The notes beneath the pieces are model-generated. The model was not told the origin of the DNA, searched no databases, and saw only the letters and a list, made by a program, of their open reading frames with translations. This document shows, piece after piece, positions 25,700 through 37,178 of a stretch of 64,000 nt of DNA; the first letter of the stretch is position 1; every line of letters starts with the position of its first letter. This DNA is from Clostridia bacterium. Lineage in GTDB: Bacteria > Bacillota > Clostridia > Oscillospirales > CAG-272. Made by a program: the position numbers and the translations under genes. Where the stretch lies: assembly GCA_017464805.1 (NCBI GenBank), contig JAFTYE010000004.1, forward strand, positions 6,412-70,411. Reading direction: 5' to 3'.

Positions 25700-26767
25700 T
25701 TACAGCCGTTCTATAATTCTGTCGGTCATTTCGGTGGTGGAAAGGGCAGGTGCACCGTGCGCGATATCCGCCGTGCGGTAGCCCTCGTTCAAAACGCGAT
25801 CCACCGCCTGCACGATGCAGTCGGATTCCTTTGCAAGATCAAAGGAGTAGAGCAGCATCATCGCGGCGGAAAGGATAGTGGCGATGGGGTTGGCTTTGCC
25901 CGTGCCCGCAATGTCGGGGGCAGAGCCGTGAATCGGCTCGTACAGGCCGCGCTTGGTGTTGCCGAGCGAGGCGGAGGGCAGCATGCCGATCGACCCCGTG
26001 ATCTGTGACGCCTCATCCGAGAGGATGTCGCCGAACATATTGGAGGTCACGATCACGTCAAACTGCGCGGGGTTGCGGACAAGCTGCATGGCGGCGTTAT
26101 CCACCAGCATATCCACGCATTCCACGTCGGGATATTCGGATGCCATCTCGTGTACGATCTTGCGCCACAGGCGCGAGGTGTCTAGCACGTTCGCCTTGTC
26201 GATGCTGGTCAGCTTCTTGTTCCGTTTTCTTGCCGTTTCGAAGGCCACGCGCGCAATGCGCTCGATCTCCATGCGGCTGTAACATTCGGTGTCGTAGGCC
26301 TCCTCGCCCCATTTTCCCTCGCGCATACCGCGCTCGCCAAAGTAAATACCGCCCGTCAGCTCGCGTACGATCATGATGTCAAAGCCGTTTTCCACGATAT
26401 CCGCGCGCAGGGGGCAATCCTCCTTCAAGGCAGGGTAGAGCTTCGCGGGGCGCAGGTTGGTAAACAGCTCCATTGCCGCGCGAATGCCGAGAAGTGCCTT
26501 TTCGGGACGCATGTTACCGGGCAGGGTGTCCCATTTCGGGCCGCCGACCGCGCCAAGCAGCACGCTGTCCGACGAAAGACAGCCTTTTACCGTCTCCTCG
26601 GGCAGAGGAACGCCGCAGGCATCCAAGGCCGCACCGCCGATCAGGTAGGGGGTAAAGATGAATTCATGACCGTATTTTTCGCCTACCGCGCGAAGAACGC
26701 GCACGGCACTGTCCACGATCTCGGGGCCGATGCCGTCGCCCCGCAACAAACCAATCTTATATTGCAT
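25700..26767 (-). CDS. leuB: 3-isopropylmalate dehydrogenase
   Basis: [20 protein letters not shown] and [19 protein letters not shown] motifs. Confidence 0.93.
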   Translation of the reverse strand: MQYKIGLLRGDGIGPEIVDSAVRVLRAVGEKYGHEFIFTPYLIGGAALDACGVPLPEETVKGCLSSDSVLLGAVGGPKWDTLPGNMRPEKALLGIRAAMELFTNLRPAKLYPALKEDCPLRADIVENGFDIMIVRELTGGIYFGERGMREGKWGEEAYDTECYSRMEIERIARVAFETARKRNKKLTSIDKANVLDTSRLWRKIVHEMASEYPDVECVDMLVDNAAMQLVRNPAQFDVIVTSNMFGDILSDEASQITGSIGMLPSASLGNTKRGLYEPIHGSAPDIAGTGKANPIATILSAAMMLLYSFDLAKESDCIVQAVDRVLNEGYRTADIAHGAPALSTTEMTDRIIERL

Positions 26768-26776
26768 AGCGTCACC

Positions 26777-27271
26777 TTACTTGATCTCGCCTGCACGGAT
26801 GGATTCCACCAAGCCGCCCGAGGCGATGATTTTTTGAATAAAGGCAGGGAAGGGCTGGGTCGCAAACTGCGTACCCGTCGTGCGGTCGTACAGAATGCCT
26901 GCGTCCAGATCCGCCTCTACGGTGTGACCGCTCTCAATCGCCTCGGCCGCCTCGGGACATTCCACGATGGCAAGGCCGATGTTGATGGCATTGCGGTAGA
27001 AGATGCGCGCAAAGCTCTTGGCAATGACGAGCGAGATGCCGCTCTCCTTGATGGCGATGGGGGCGTGCTCACGCGAGGAGCCGCAACCGAAGTTGGCACC
27101 CGCCACCATGATGTCACCCGCCTTGACCTTCTTCACGAAGTCGCGGTCAAGATCCTCCATGCAGTGGGAGGCAAGCTCCTTTTTGTCGATGGTGTTGAGA
27201 TAACGCGCGGGAATGATGACGTCGGTATCGACGTTATCGCCGTATTTGATAACCGTTCCTGTAAATTTCAT
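26777..27271 (-). CDS. leuD: 3-isopropylmalate dehydratase small subunit
   Basis: [25 protein letters not shown] and [14 protein letters not shown]. The track ORF (to 27454) over-extends into leuC. Confidence 0.9.
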   Translation of the reverse strand: MKFTGTVIKYGDNVDTDVIIPARYLNTIDKKELASHCMEDLDRDFVKKVKAGDIMVAGANFGCGSSREHAPIAIKESGISLVIAKSFARIFYRNAINIGLAIVECPEAAEAIESGHTVEADLDAGILYDRTTGTQFATQPFPAFIQKIIASGGLVESIRAGEIK

Positions 27272-27275
27272 ATCC

Positions 27276-28544
27276 TCACTCCTTTGCGAACTTGCGCGGG
27301 TCGGCAATATAGCCGGCAATGGCGGAGGCCGCCGCAACGGCGGGGCTGGCCAGATAGACCTCGGAGGAAACATCCCCCATACGGCCGATAAAGTTGCGGT
27401 TGGTGGTTGCCACGGCACGCTCGCCCGCCGCCAAAATACCCATGTAGCCACCAAGGCAGGGACCGCAGGTGGGGGTGGATACGACGCAGCCCGCCTCGAT
27501 AAAGTCGCGGAGCAGGCCGTTTTCCATGGCCTTTAAGTAAATGTCCTGGGTGGCGGGGATAATGATGGCACGCACGTTTTTCGCCACCTTCCTGCCGCGG
27601 ATGATCTCGGCCGCCTCGGCCAGATCCTTGTAATGGCCGTTGGTGCAGGAGCCGATGACTACCTGGTCGATCTTCACCTCACCCACCTCGTCGATGGTTT
27701 TGGTGTTTTCGGGCAGGTGCGGGAAGGCAACCGTCGGCAGAATTTCCGACAGATCGATCTCGTAGGTCTCGTCGTACACGGCATCCGCGTCCGCTTCAAA
27801 GGCCACGATCTCACGGTCGGAGCGTTCCTTCACATAGGCAACCGTGACGTCGTCCACGGGGAAGATGCCGTTCTTCGCACCCGCCTCGATGGCCATGTTG
27901 CAGATGGTCAGGCGGTCGAAGATCGAAAGGGAAGAAACGCCCTCGCCCGTAAATTCCATGGAGCGGTAGAGCGCGCCGTCCACACCGATCTTGCCGATGA
28001 TGTGTAAAATCACGTCCTTGCCGGACACGTAGGGGTTCAGCTTGCCGCGAAGCACGAATTTGATCGCGGAGGGAACCTTGAACCAGGTCTTGCCCGTCGC
28101 CATGGCACAGGCCATGTCGGTCGAGCCGACACCGGTGGAAAACGCGCCGAGCGCGCCGTAGGTACAGGTATGGGAATCTGCGCCGATCACCACGTCACCC
28201 GGCACTACCAGTCCCTTTTCGGGGAGCAGGGCGTGCTCGATGCCCATGCGACCCACGTCGTAGAAATGGGTCACCTCGTGCTCGTTGCAGAAGTCGCGGC
28301 ACATCTTACACTGTACCGCCGCCTTGATGTCCTTGTTGGGGGCAAAGTGATCCATCACCATGGTCACGCGCTCGCGGTCGTACACATCCTTCGCGCCGAT
28401 GCGCTCGAATTCGCGAATCGCCACGGGAGAGGTGATGTCGTTGCCCAGCACGCGGTCAAGGTTGACAAGGATTAACTGTCCCGCCTCCACGCGGTCAAGC
28501 CCCGCGTGGGAGGCAAGGATCTTTTGTGTCATCGTCATTGCCAT
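27276..28544 (-). CDS. leuC: 3-isopropylmalate dehydratase large subunit
   Basis: Aconitase-family motifs GADSHT, IGSCTNG and CGPCLG. Confidence 0.93.
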   Translation of the reverse strand: MAMTMTQKILASHAGLDRVEAGQLILVNLDRVLGNDITSPVAIREFERIGAKDVYDRERVTMVMDHFAPNKDIKAAVQCKMCRDFCNEHEVTHFYDVGRMGIEHALLPEKGLVVPGDVVIGADSHTCTYGALGAFSTGVGSTDMACAMATGKTWFKVPSAIKFVLRGKLNPYVSGKDVILHIIGKIGVDGALYRSMEFTGEGVSSLSIFDRLTICNMAIEAGAKNGIFPVDDVTVAYVKERSDREIVAFEADADAVYDETYEIDLSEILPTVAFPHLPENTKTIDEVGEVKIDQVVIGSCTNGHYKDLAEAAEIIRGRKVAKNVRAIIIPATQDIYLKAMENGLLRDFIEAGCVVSTPTCGPCLGGYMGILAAGERAVATTNRNFIGRMGDVSSEVYLASPAVAAASAIAGYIADPRKFAKE

Positions 28545-28559
28545 AACGAATTAAACTCC

Positions 28560-30221
28560 TTACTGGTTGATAAGTGCGCCGCGGTCGGCGGAGCTGACCA
28601 TGGCGGCATAACGCTTCAGGTAGCCCGTGAGGTTTTCCTTGCGATTGATCGGCATTTCGGCCTTGCGCTTGGCAAGCTCCTCGTCGGATACCTTTAACTC
28701 AATGCGGTATTCGGGAATGTTGATGGAGATGATGTCGCCCTCCTTGACATAGGCGATCGCGCCGCCGCGCGCCGCCTCGGGAGACACGTGGCCGATGGAC
28801 GCACCGCGGGTCGCGCCCGAGAAACGGCCGTCCGTGATCAGGGCCACATCCTTGTCCAGCCCCATGCCCGCGATCGCGGAGGTGGGGGAGAGCATCTCTC
28901 TCATGCCGGGACCGCCGCTCGGCCCCTCGTAGCGGATGACCACCACGTCACCCTTCTTGATCTTGCCGGCGTAGATGGCGGCAATGGTCTCCTCCTCGCT
29001 TTCAAACACGCGGGCAGGCCCCTCGTGCACCAGCATCTCGGGGGCGACGGCCGAACGCTTGACCACACAGCCGTCGGGGGCCAGGTTGCCGCGCAGTACG
29101 GCAATGCCGCCCGTTTTGCTGTACGGATTGGACGTGGGGCGAATGACCTCCTCGTCAAGATTGGCGGCAGAGGCGATGTTTTCCGCCATCGTTTTGCCCG
29201 TGCAGGTCATGACTGAGGTGTCGATCAGACCAAGACTCTCCAGTTCCTTCAAAACGGCGTATACGCCGCCTGCCTCGTTCAGATCCTCCATATAGGTCGG
29301 ACCGGCGGGGGCGAGATGACAAAGGTTTGGGGTCTTTTCGCTGATGCGGTTGACTTCGTCGAGGTCGAATTTTACGCCGCACTCGTTTGCGATTGCGGGC
29401 AGATGGAGCATGCTGTTGGTGGAGCAGCCCAGTGCCATGTCGGCGGTGACGGCGTTTTTGATGGCCGCTTCCGTCATGATGTCGCGCGGGCGAATGTTTT
29501 TCTTCACCAGCTCCATCACCTGCATGCCCGCATGCTTGGCCAGCTCGATACGCGCGGAATAGACGGCAGGGATCGTGCCGTTGCCGCGCAGACCCATACC
29601 GAGAACCTCGGTCAGGCAGTTCATGGAGTTGGCGGTATACATGCCGGAGCAGGAGCCGCAGGTCGGGCAGACCTTTTCTTCAAATTCGCACAGCTTTGCT
29701 TCGTCGATCTTGCCGGCAGAATAGGCACCGACCGCCTCGAACATGCTGGAAAGGCTGCGCTTTTTGCCGCCCACGCGGCCGGCGAGCATCGGCCCGCCGG
29801 ACACGAAAACGGTCGGAATATTCAGCCGTGCCGCCGCCATTAGGAGACCGGGCACGTTTTTGTCGCAGTTCGGGATCATCACCAGACCGTCAAAGCCGTG
29901 CGCCATGACCATGGCCTCAGTCGAATCGGCGATCAGATCGCGGGTCACGAGCGAATATTTCATACCCACATGTCCCATGGCAATGCCGTCGCAGACGCAG
30001 ATGGCGGGGAACATGATGGGCGTACCGCCCGCCATGGCCACCCCGCGCTTGACCGCGTCGGTGATCTTATCGAGATTCATATGCCCCGGCACGATCTCGT
30101 TGTAGGAGCTGACAATGCCGATCAGCGGCCGTGCCATCTCCTCCTCGGTCAGACCGAGCGCGTGATACAGCGAACGGTGGGGCGCGTTGTGGAAGCCGTC
30201 CACTACCTTTTCTTTCATCAT
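28560..30221 (-). CDS. ilvD: Dihydroxy-acid dehydratase
   Basis: [34 protein letters not shown] and TDGRFSG motifs. Confidence 0.95.
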   Translation of the reverse strand: MMKEKVVDGFHNAPHRSLYHALGLTEEEMARPLIGIVSSYNEIVPGHMNLDKITDAVKRGVAMAGGTPIMFPAICVCDGIAMGHVGMKYSLVTRDLIADSTEAMVMAHGFDGLVMIPNCDKNVPGLLMAAARLNIPTVFVSGGPMLAGRVGGKKRSLSSMFEAVGAYSAGKIDEAKLCEFEEKVCPTCGSCSGMYTANSMNCLTEVLGMGLRGNGTIPAVYSARIELAKHAGMQVMELVKKNIRPRDIMTEAAIKNAVTADMALGCSTNSMLHLPAIANECGVKFDLDEVNRISEKTPNLCHLAPAGPTYMEDLNEAGGVYAVLKELESLGLIDTSVMTCTGKTMAENIASAANLDEEVIRPTSNPYSKTGGIAVLRGNLAPDGCVVKRSAVAPEMLVHEGPARVFESEEETIAAIYAGKIKKGDVVVIRYEGPSGGPGMREMLSPTSAIAGMGLDKDVALITDGRFSGATRGASIGHVSPEAARGGAIAYVKEGDIISINIPEYRIELKVSDEELAKRKAEMPINRKENLTGYLKRYAAMVSSADRGALINQ

Positions 30222-30248
30222 GGTGATGTCCTCTTTTTTCGGTTTTTA

Positions 30249-31286
<1,038 letters not shown>

Positions 31287-31305
31287 TTACAAATTAAAAT
31301 CAAAA

Positions 31306-31800
31306 TCAGTGACCGAGCAGTGTTTTTTCTCCGCGGTCGAGGGCTACAACGCCCGTGCGGCACATTTCCAGCACGCCGAAGGGCATCATCAACTTGATAA
31401 AGGCATCGATCTTGGTCGGCTCGCCCGTGATCTCAATACACATGGCATCTGCCGTGTAATCGATGACCTTGGCACGGTAGACCTCCACCGCTGACAGAAT
31501 GTCCGCGCGTGTGTCAGCCGCGTTGCGTACCTTGATCAGCATCAGAACGCGCTTAATGGTTTCGCTTTCCATCATCTCCACCTTTTTTACGTTGTGGAGC
31601 TTGTGAAGCTGGCTCACCACCTGCTCGCACAGGTGCGCGTCGCCCGTCAGGGTGATGGTGATACGGGAATAGGCGGGAGATTCGGTCTCGCCTACCGTCA
31701 AGGCGTCGATGTTGAAGCCGCGACGGGTAAACATACTGGTTACGCGCGTCAGCACGCCGTATTTGTTTTCTACGTAGACCGCGATGTGAAAGGTGTTCAT
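31306..31800 (-). CDS. ilvN: Acetolactate synthase small (regulatory) subunit
   Basis: ACT domain VENKYGVLTRVTSMFTRRGFNIDALTVG. ATGA overlap with ilvB. Confidence 0.93.
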   Translation of the reverse strand: MNTFHIAVYVENKYGVLTRVTSMFTRRGFNIDALTVGETESPAYSRITITLTGDAHLCEQVVSQLHKLHNVKKVEMMESETIKRVLMLIKVRNAADTRADILSAVEVYRAKVIDYTADAMCIEITGEPTKIDAFIKLMMPFGVLEMCRTGVVALDRGEKTLLGH

Positions 31801-33485
31801 GCCTGCTCCTCCTTTGCCGTGATGATGTCGTCAATGGAGCCGCCCGGCGGTAGCATCGGAAGCACAAATTCGTCTTGGTCGATCAGCGTGTCGATGACAA
31901 CGGGGCCGTTTGCTACCAGTGCCGTGTCAAACGCCGATGCAAACTCCTCCCTCGTGGTCGCACGAAGGCCGATCGCGCCGAACGCCTCGGCGAGCTTGAC
32001 GAAATCGGTTTTGCGAGCAAGCACCGTGTTCGAATAGCGACGTCCGAAGAAAAGCGTCTGCCATTGCCGCACCATGCCCAGCACGCCATTGTTCATCAGC
32101 ACCACCACGACAGGGATGTTGTAGGATACGGCGGTTGCCAGCTCGTGCAGGTTCATGCCGAAGCTGCCGTCACCCGTGATCAGCACGGTCGGGGAATTCG
32201 AGCCCACCTGTGCGCCGATCGCGGCACCAAGACCAAAGCCCATCGTGCCAAGGCCGCCGCTGGAAACGAAGCGGCGCGGGCGATCAAAGGAGGCGTATTG
32301 CGCCGTCCACATCTGATGCTGACCGACATCGGTGGCAATCACCGTTCCCGCAGGCTTCTTTTCATTGATGATATCAAAGACCGCGTGCGGGGGCAGGGGA
32401 GCCTTGTTTCTTCTCTCTGCCTCGGCGTCGATCTGTTTTTCCTTTTCTTTCAGAGCCTCTACCTGCTCGCACCATGCGGGACGCGTTGTTGCCTCACAGG
32501 CCGAAGCGATCCGCGCAAAGGTGTCACCGAGATCCGCACAAATTCCAAAATCTACCTGTACGTTTTTGTTGATTTCCGCGTAGTCGGGGTCGATTTGCAG
32601 AATCTTCGCGCCGCGCGCGTACTTCTGCACATTGCCCGTCGCGCGGTCGGAGAAGCGCACGCCAAGTGCTACGATCAGGTCAGCCTCCTTCTGTGCCATG
32701 GAGGACGCGTAATGCCCGTGCATACCCTGCATGCCAAGGAAGCGGGGGCACTTGTCCGAGATGGCTGAAAGTCCCATGAAGGTACATCCGATGTAGGCGT
32801 CGATCTTTTCGGCAAAGGCCACCACGTCCGCACCCATACCAAGACCTGCCGCACCGCCGCCGATATACAGGTAGGGACGCTTCGCCTCACTGATCATGCG
32901 GATTGCCTCGGCGATCTCTTCGTCGCTTGCTTTTGGCAGGGGCGCTTTTTCCACCACCGCCTGCGGGACGTACTCTGCCGTGGCGATCTGCACGTCCTTT
33001 GGCACGTCGATTAGCACGGGGCCGGGACGGCCTGATTTGGCGATCGAGAATGCCTCGCGGATCGTGTCCGCCAGATCGTCTACCGAGGAAACGAAGTAGT
33101 TATGCTTGGTGATGGGCATGGTGATGCCTGTGATGTCTACCTCCTGAAAGCTGTCCTTACCGATCAGGGAGCAGGGCACATTTCCCGTGATGGCTACCAT
33201 GGGAACGGAGTCCAGCATGGCCGTTGCGATGCCCGTGACCAGATTGGTGGCACCGGGGCCGGAGGTGGCGATGCACACGCCTACCTTGCCCGTTGCACGG
33301 GAGTAGCCATCCGCTGCATGGGAAGCCCCCTGCTCGTGCGCCGTCAGGACATGGTTGATCTTGTCTTGATACTTATAGAGGGCGTCGTAGATGTTGAGCA
33401 CCTGTCCGCCCGGATATCCGAAAACGTCGGTAACGCCCTGCTCGATGAGGGTGTTCACGATGATTTCCGCACCTGTCATTTTCAT
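31797..33485 (-). CDS. ilvB: Acetolactate synthase large subunit (biosynthetic, ThDP-dependent)
   Basis: MKMTGAEIIVNTLIEQGV..., GYPGG, and ThDP motif GDGSFGMNLHELATA...NN. Confidence 0.95.
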   Translation of the reverse strand: MKMTGAEIIVNTLIEQGVTDVFGYPGGQVLNIYDALYKYQDKINHVLTAHEQGASHAADGYSRATGKVGVCIATSGPGATNLVTGIATAMLDSVPMVAITGNVPCSLIGKDSFQEVDITGITMPITKHNYFVSSVDDLADTIREAFSIAKSGRPGPVLIDVPKDVQIATAEYVPQAVVEKAPLPKASDEEIAEAIRMISEAKRPYLYIGGGAAGLGMGADVVAFAEKIDAYIGCTFMGLSAISDKCPRFLGMQGMHGHYASSMAQKEADLIVALGVRFSDRATGNVQKYARGAKILQIDPDYAEINKNVQVDFGICADLGDTFARIASACEATTRPAWCEQVEALKEKEKQIDAEAERRNKAPLPPHAVFDIINEKKPAGTVIATDVGQHQMWTAQYASFDRPRRFVSSGGLGTMGFGLGAAIGAQVGSNSPTVLITGDGSFGMNLHELATAVSYNIPVVVVLMNNGVLGMVRQWQTLFFGRRYSNTVLARKTDFVKLAEAFGAIGLRATTREEFASAFDTALVANGPVVIDTLIDQDEFVLPMLPPGGSIDDIITAKEEQA

Positions 33486-33499
33486 AAAAATCTTTCCTT

Positions 33500-35170
33500 T
33501 TATTTATTGTCATCCTGCAGCATGCGGTTGACCGCGCTGCAAAGTGCCTTGATCGAGGCGGTCATGATGTCGCTGTCGATGCCCGCACCCCAATAGGTCT
33601 TTTCGTTGTGGCGGATACTGACGTAGGAGGCCGCGTTCGCGGTGGACTTGCCCTCCAGCGCGTGCTGGGTATAGCCCTCCAGCTCGTAGGCTGCGCCGCT
33701 GACCTCTTGTAAGGCGTTTGCCACGGCATCCAGCCGGCCGTTGCCGTAGGACACGACCGCCTTTTCCTCCTCGCCGAAGCGGATGACGCATGCGGCGCGC
33801 CGCCGTTGGCCCTCCTGGGTGAAGTCGGCATGCAGTACGTCCACGCGGTCGGATACGTTGACGAAATCACGCATAAAGATCTCGTACACCTCGGCGGGTT
33901 GCAGCTCGCGGTGGCCGTGATCCGAAATGCTCTTAATGTGGTAGCCGAAGGCCTCGCGCATCTTGGGGGGAAGAACGTGGTTGAACTGCGTTTCCATAAT
34001 ATACCCGATGCCGCCCTTGCCCGACTGGGAGTTGATGCGGATGACGTCCGCCTCATATACGCGCCCGATGTCGGTCGGGTCGATGGGTAGATAGGGGACG
34101 TTCCACACACCGCCCTTTTCCGCGCGCCACTTCATGCCCTTGGCGATGGCGTCCTGGTGCGAGCCGGAGAAGGCCGCGAACACCAGCGCGCCACTGTACG
34201 GCTGACGTTCGTACACGTGCATGCGGGTAACCTTTTCGTAAATTTCGGTGATGGCGGGCAGGTCGGAGAAGTCAAGTCCCGGATCCACGCCCTGCGCGTA
34301 CATGTTCAAGGCCAGCGTGACGATGTCCACGTTGCCCGTGCGCTCGCCGTTGCCGAACAACGTACCCTCGATGCGGTCGCCGCCTGCGAGCAGACCCATT
34401 TCGCTGTCTGCCACGGCACAGCCGCGGTCGTTGTGCGGATGCAGGGAGATGACCACGTTTTCACGGTTGATGAGATTTTTATCCATATATTCCACCTGCG
34501 CCGCATAGACGTGGGGCATGGAATGGGATACCGTGACGGGGAGGTTGATGATGACCTTGTCCTCGGGGGTGGGCTGCCAGATCGAAAGCACCGCATTGCA
34601 GATCTCGGCGGCAAACTCGGGCTCCGTGCCCGTAAAGCTCTCGGGCGAATATTCGAAGGAAATATGCCCCGACTTCTCCTTTTCGCGGTATTCGCGGCAG
34701 AGCTTCGCGCCAAAGACCGCGATATCCACGATCTCCTCCCTGCTGCGGCGGAACACCTGCTCGCGCTGGGCCACCGAGGTGGAGTTGTAGAGATGGACGA
34801 TGGCATGACGCGCGCCGCGGATCGCCTCAAAGGTCTTTTTGATGATATGCTCGCGCGACTGGGTTAGGACCTGGATGGTCACGTCCTCGGGAATGAGATC
34901 GCGCTCAATCAGCGCGCGGCAGAATTCGTATTCGGTCTCGGAGGCGGCAGGGAAGCCCACCTCGATCTCCTTGAAGCCCACCTTGCAAAGTAGGGTGAAG
35001 AATTCCAGTTTTTCCTCCAGACTCATGGGTACAATGAGGGCCTGGTTGCCGTCGCGCAGGTCCACACTGCACCACACGGGCGGCTTCTCGATGGCGTCGC
35101 GCCACATAAAGTCCATGCTCACCCCCTTCGGGATGAAGTATTGCTTTTCGTATTTTTCAAAATTTTTCAT
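33500..35170 (-). CDS. leuA: 2-isopropylmalate synthase (long LeuA type)
   Basis: VWCSVDLRDGNQ, HPHNDRGC, and a C-terminal LeuA dimerisation/regulatory domain. Start MKNFEKY at 35170. The track ORF (to 35374) over-extends into the T-box leader. Confidence 0.92.
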   Translation of the reverse strand: MKNFEKYEKQYFIPKGVSMDFMWRDAIEKPPVWCSVDLRDGNQALIVPMSLEEKLEFFTLLCKVGFKEIEVGFPAASETEYEFCRALIERDLIPEDVTIQVLTQSREHIIKKTFEAIRGARHAIVHLYNSTSVAQREQVFRRSREEIVDIAVFGAKLCREYREKEKSGHISFEYSPESFTGTEPEFAAEICNAVLSIWQPTPEDKVIINLPVTVSHSMPHVYAAQVEYMDKNLINRENVVISLHPHNDRGCAVADSEMGLLAGGDRIEGTLFGNGERTGNVDIVTLALNMYAQGVDPGLDFSDLPAITEIYEKVTRMHVYERQPYSGALVFAAFSGSHQDAIAKGMKWRAEKGGVWNVPYLPIDPTDIGRVYEADVIRINSQSGKGGIGYIMETQFNHVLPPKMREAFGYHIKSISDHGHRELQPAEVYEIFMRDFVNVSDRVDVLHADFTQEGQRRRAACVIRFGEEEKAVVSYGNGRLDAVANALQEVSGAAYELEGYTQHALEGKSTANAASYVSIRHNEKTYWGAGIDSDIMTASIKALCSAVNRMLQDDNK

Positions 35171-35486
35171 CGGTTGTTCCTTTCCGTTTCTGCGCGGTCG
35201 GGAGCAAGAAATAAAAAAGCCCCTCTTACGCAACAGCATCCTACTTTGCATAAAAGAGACGAAGATTATTCTCCGCGGTACCACTCTTTGTTGGTGAAAT
35301 AACTCACCCACTCGATCCCATCCACCAATGGGAATTCTCTGTAACGGGAGAACCCGTCCGAATCTACCGGGCACGCGCCCCTCGGTCGGCGACTCAGGGA
35401 TGAGATATGTTCACATAGCATACCGCCTCACAGCAACCGACGGCTCTCTGAAATGCGCAGTGAATTTGCTTCCCTTCGCAGTCTTT
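35171..35486 (-). promoter_or_regulatory. T-box riboswitch leader, probable Leu (CUC) specifier
   Basis: The minus strand shows an AGAGAG box, a GGUUGCUGUGA distal-loop region and a specifier loop ...GUGAACAUAU-CUC-A immediately 5' of the UCCC helix strand (CUC at 35404-35402). T-box sequence AGAGTGGTACCGCGGAG lies at 35287-35271. Terminator GUCUCUUUUAUGC/GCGUAAGAGGGGC plus U6 lies at 35260-35212. Confidence 0.85.
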
Positions 35487-35492
35487 TTCGTT

Positions 35493-35521
35493 ATTGTAAC
35501 GCAAAATTTCTCTTTTGTCAA
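35493..35521 (-). promoter_or_regulatory. Sigma-A promoter of the leu/ilv super-operon
   Basis: TTGACA (35521-35516), 17-nt spacer, TACAAT (35498-35493). Confidence 0.75.
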
Positions 35522-35550
35522 GAGGAAACGCAGGATTTTTTCAAAAAATT

Positions 35551-35594
35551 CAAAAAAAGGGGAAACGGTGCCCTGTAGGGCAGGGCACCATTCC
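35551..35594 (-). terminator. Intrinsic terminator of ilvE
   Basis: GGTGCCCTG-loop-CAGGGCACC extended by GGAA/TTCC, then CCTTTTTTT on the minus strand. Confidence 0.75.
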
Positions 35595-35596
35595 GA

Positions 35597-36658
35597 TCAA
35601 AGCGCGTATACCCAGCCGTAGGGATCCTCGCGCTTGCCCCATTGTATGCCGGTCAGCGTATCGTAGAGCTTTTGGGTCACCTCACCGATCTTGCCGCCGC
35701 CGACGGTATATTCCTTGTTCTTATAGCAAAGCTGTCCGATGGGGGAGACCACCGCCGCGGTGCCGCAACCCCAGGCTTCTTTCAAACGGCCTTCCTCCAT
35801 GGCGGTCACCAGCTCGTCTACGGGAAGCAGACGCTCATTGACCGTGTAGCCCATGTCGCGCAGCGCCTCGATGCAGGACATACGGGTGATGCCCGGCAGA
35901 ATGGAGCCGGTCAGGGCGGGAGTCACGATCTCGTCACCGATCTTGAACATGACGTTCATCGCGCCCACCTCCTCAATGTACTTGCGCTCCACACCGTCCA
36001 GCCACAGAACCTGGGTGTAGCCCTTCTGTGCGGCGCGCTCGCCCGCACGGGTGGAGGCGGCGTAGTTACCGCCGCACTTGGCGTAGCCCGTGCCGCCACG
36101 CACGGCGCGCACGTCCTCATCCTCGATCATGATCTTAACGGGGTTGATGCCCTCGGCATAGTAGCTACCGCTGGGAGAGGCAATAATCATGAAGGTCACG
36201 TGATGCGGCATGTGAACGCCCAGACTCTCGTCGTTGCCGAACATAAAGGGGCGCAGATACAGCGAGGTGCCGAAGGAGTGAGGGACCCACTTTTCCTCCA
36301 TTTTGACGAACTCGGTCAAAACCTGTATCGCATCCGCCTCGTCGATGGTGGGCAGGCACATCCTCTCGGCCGAGCGGTTCATGCGCCGCACATTCTCGAT
36401 CGGGCGGAACAGCTGTACACCGCCGTCCTCACGGCGGTAGGCCTTCAGCCCCTCAAAGATCTCTGCACCGTAGTGCAGAACGGTGGAGGCGGGGTGCAGG
36501 GGAATTTTGTCGAAGGGTACGATACGGGCATTGTCCCATCCCTTGCCGTATTCCCATTCCATGATGAACATATGGTCGGAGAAAACGCGCCCAAAGCCCA
36601 GCTTGTCCTCTGCGGGCATGGACTTGGGGGTGGTTGTTCTGGTGATCGAGATCTGCAT
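35597..36658 (-). CDS. ilvE: Branched-chain amino acid aminotransferase
   Basis: FGRVFSDHMF, LHYGAEIFEGLKAYR and GTGYAKCGGNYAAS motifs. Start MQISITR at 36658; the track ORF start lies in the -35 box. Confidence 0.92.
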   Translation of the reverse strand: MQISITRTTTPKSMPAEDKLGFGRVFSDHMFIMEWEYGKGWDNARIVPFDKIPLHPASTVLHYGAEIFEGLKAYRREDGGVQLFRPIENVRRMNRSAERMCLPTIDEADAIQVLTEFVKMEEKWVPHSFGTSLYLRPFMFGNDESLGVHMPHHVTFMIIASPSGSYYAEGINPVKIMIEDEDVRAVRGGTGYAKCGGNYAASTRAGERAAQKGYTQVLWLDGVERKYIEEVGAMNVMFKIGDEIVTPALTGSILPGITRMSCIEALRDMGYTVNERLLPVDELVTAMEEGRLKEAWGCGTAAVVSPIGQLCYKNKEYTVGGGKIGEVTQKLYDTLTGIQWGKREDPYGWVYAL

Positions 36659-36704
36659 GATGCTACTCCTTCGCGCGGTGCGCGTGTTTTGAAATTTGTA
36701 AAAT

Positions 36705-36733
36705 ATTATAGTACAACCAACCCGCCAAGTCAA
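36705..36733 (-). promoter_or_regulatory. Sigma-A promoter of ilvE
   Basis: TTGACT (36733-36728), 17-nt spacer, TATAAT (36710-36705). Confidence 0.7.
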
Positions 36734-36813
36734 GAGATTTTTTGTATCTTTGCGAAAAAAACCGAAAAAATCCGTCTTTTTCTCCCGTCCCCGTAAAATT
36801 TTATCAAAACCCC

Positions 36814-36842
36814 TTGACTTTATCGCTTTAATGTGCTAAAAT
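36814..36842 (+). promoter_or_regulatory. Sigma-A promoter of the his operon
   Basis: TTGACT (36814-36819), 17-nt spacer, TGc-TAAAAT (36837-36842). Confidence 0.7.
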
Positions 36843-36875
36843 GATGAGCAAAATCCTGACAAAAAGGGGTAAGTT

Positions 36876-37178
36876 ATGGAAAAAATGAGCGAAGCGGCCA
36901 TGCACCGTCTGTTTTCGGCGGTTCTTTGCCTTCAAAGCGAGGAGGAATGCGCCGCGTTCTTTGAGGATATTTGTACGATGCGCGAGGTGCAGGATCTGTC
37001 CCAGCGGCTGGAGGTAGCTCGGCTTCTCCACGAGGGCAAAAACTACCTGGAGGTTTCGCGCGAAACGGGTGCCAGCACGGCCACCATCTGTCGCGTGAAC
37101 AAATGCCTGCATCACGGCAGCGGCGGCTACCGCGCTGTCCTCGCGCGCGCGGCAACGGAAGGAGGGGAAGAGGCATGA
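36876..37178 (+). CDS. yerC: YerC/YecD-family TrpR-like DNA-binding protein (candidate histidine-operon regulator, HisR-type)
   Basis: 100 aa. FFEDICTMREVQDLSQRLEVARLL and SRETGASTATICRVNKCL (HTH) are typical of the YerC/YecD family. ATGA overlap with hisZ. Confidence 0.8.
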   Translation: MEKMSEAAMHRLFSAVLCLQSEEECAAFFEDICTMREVQDLSQRLEVARLLHEGKNYLEVSRETGASTATICRVNKCLHHGSGGYRAVLARAATEGGEEA

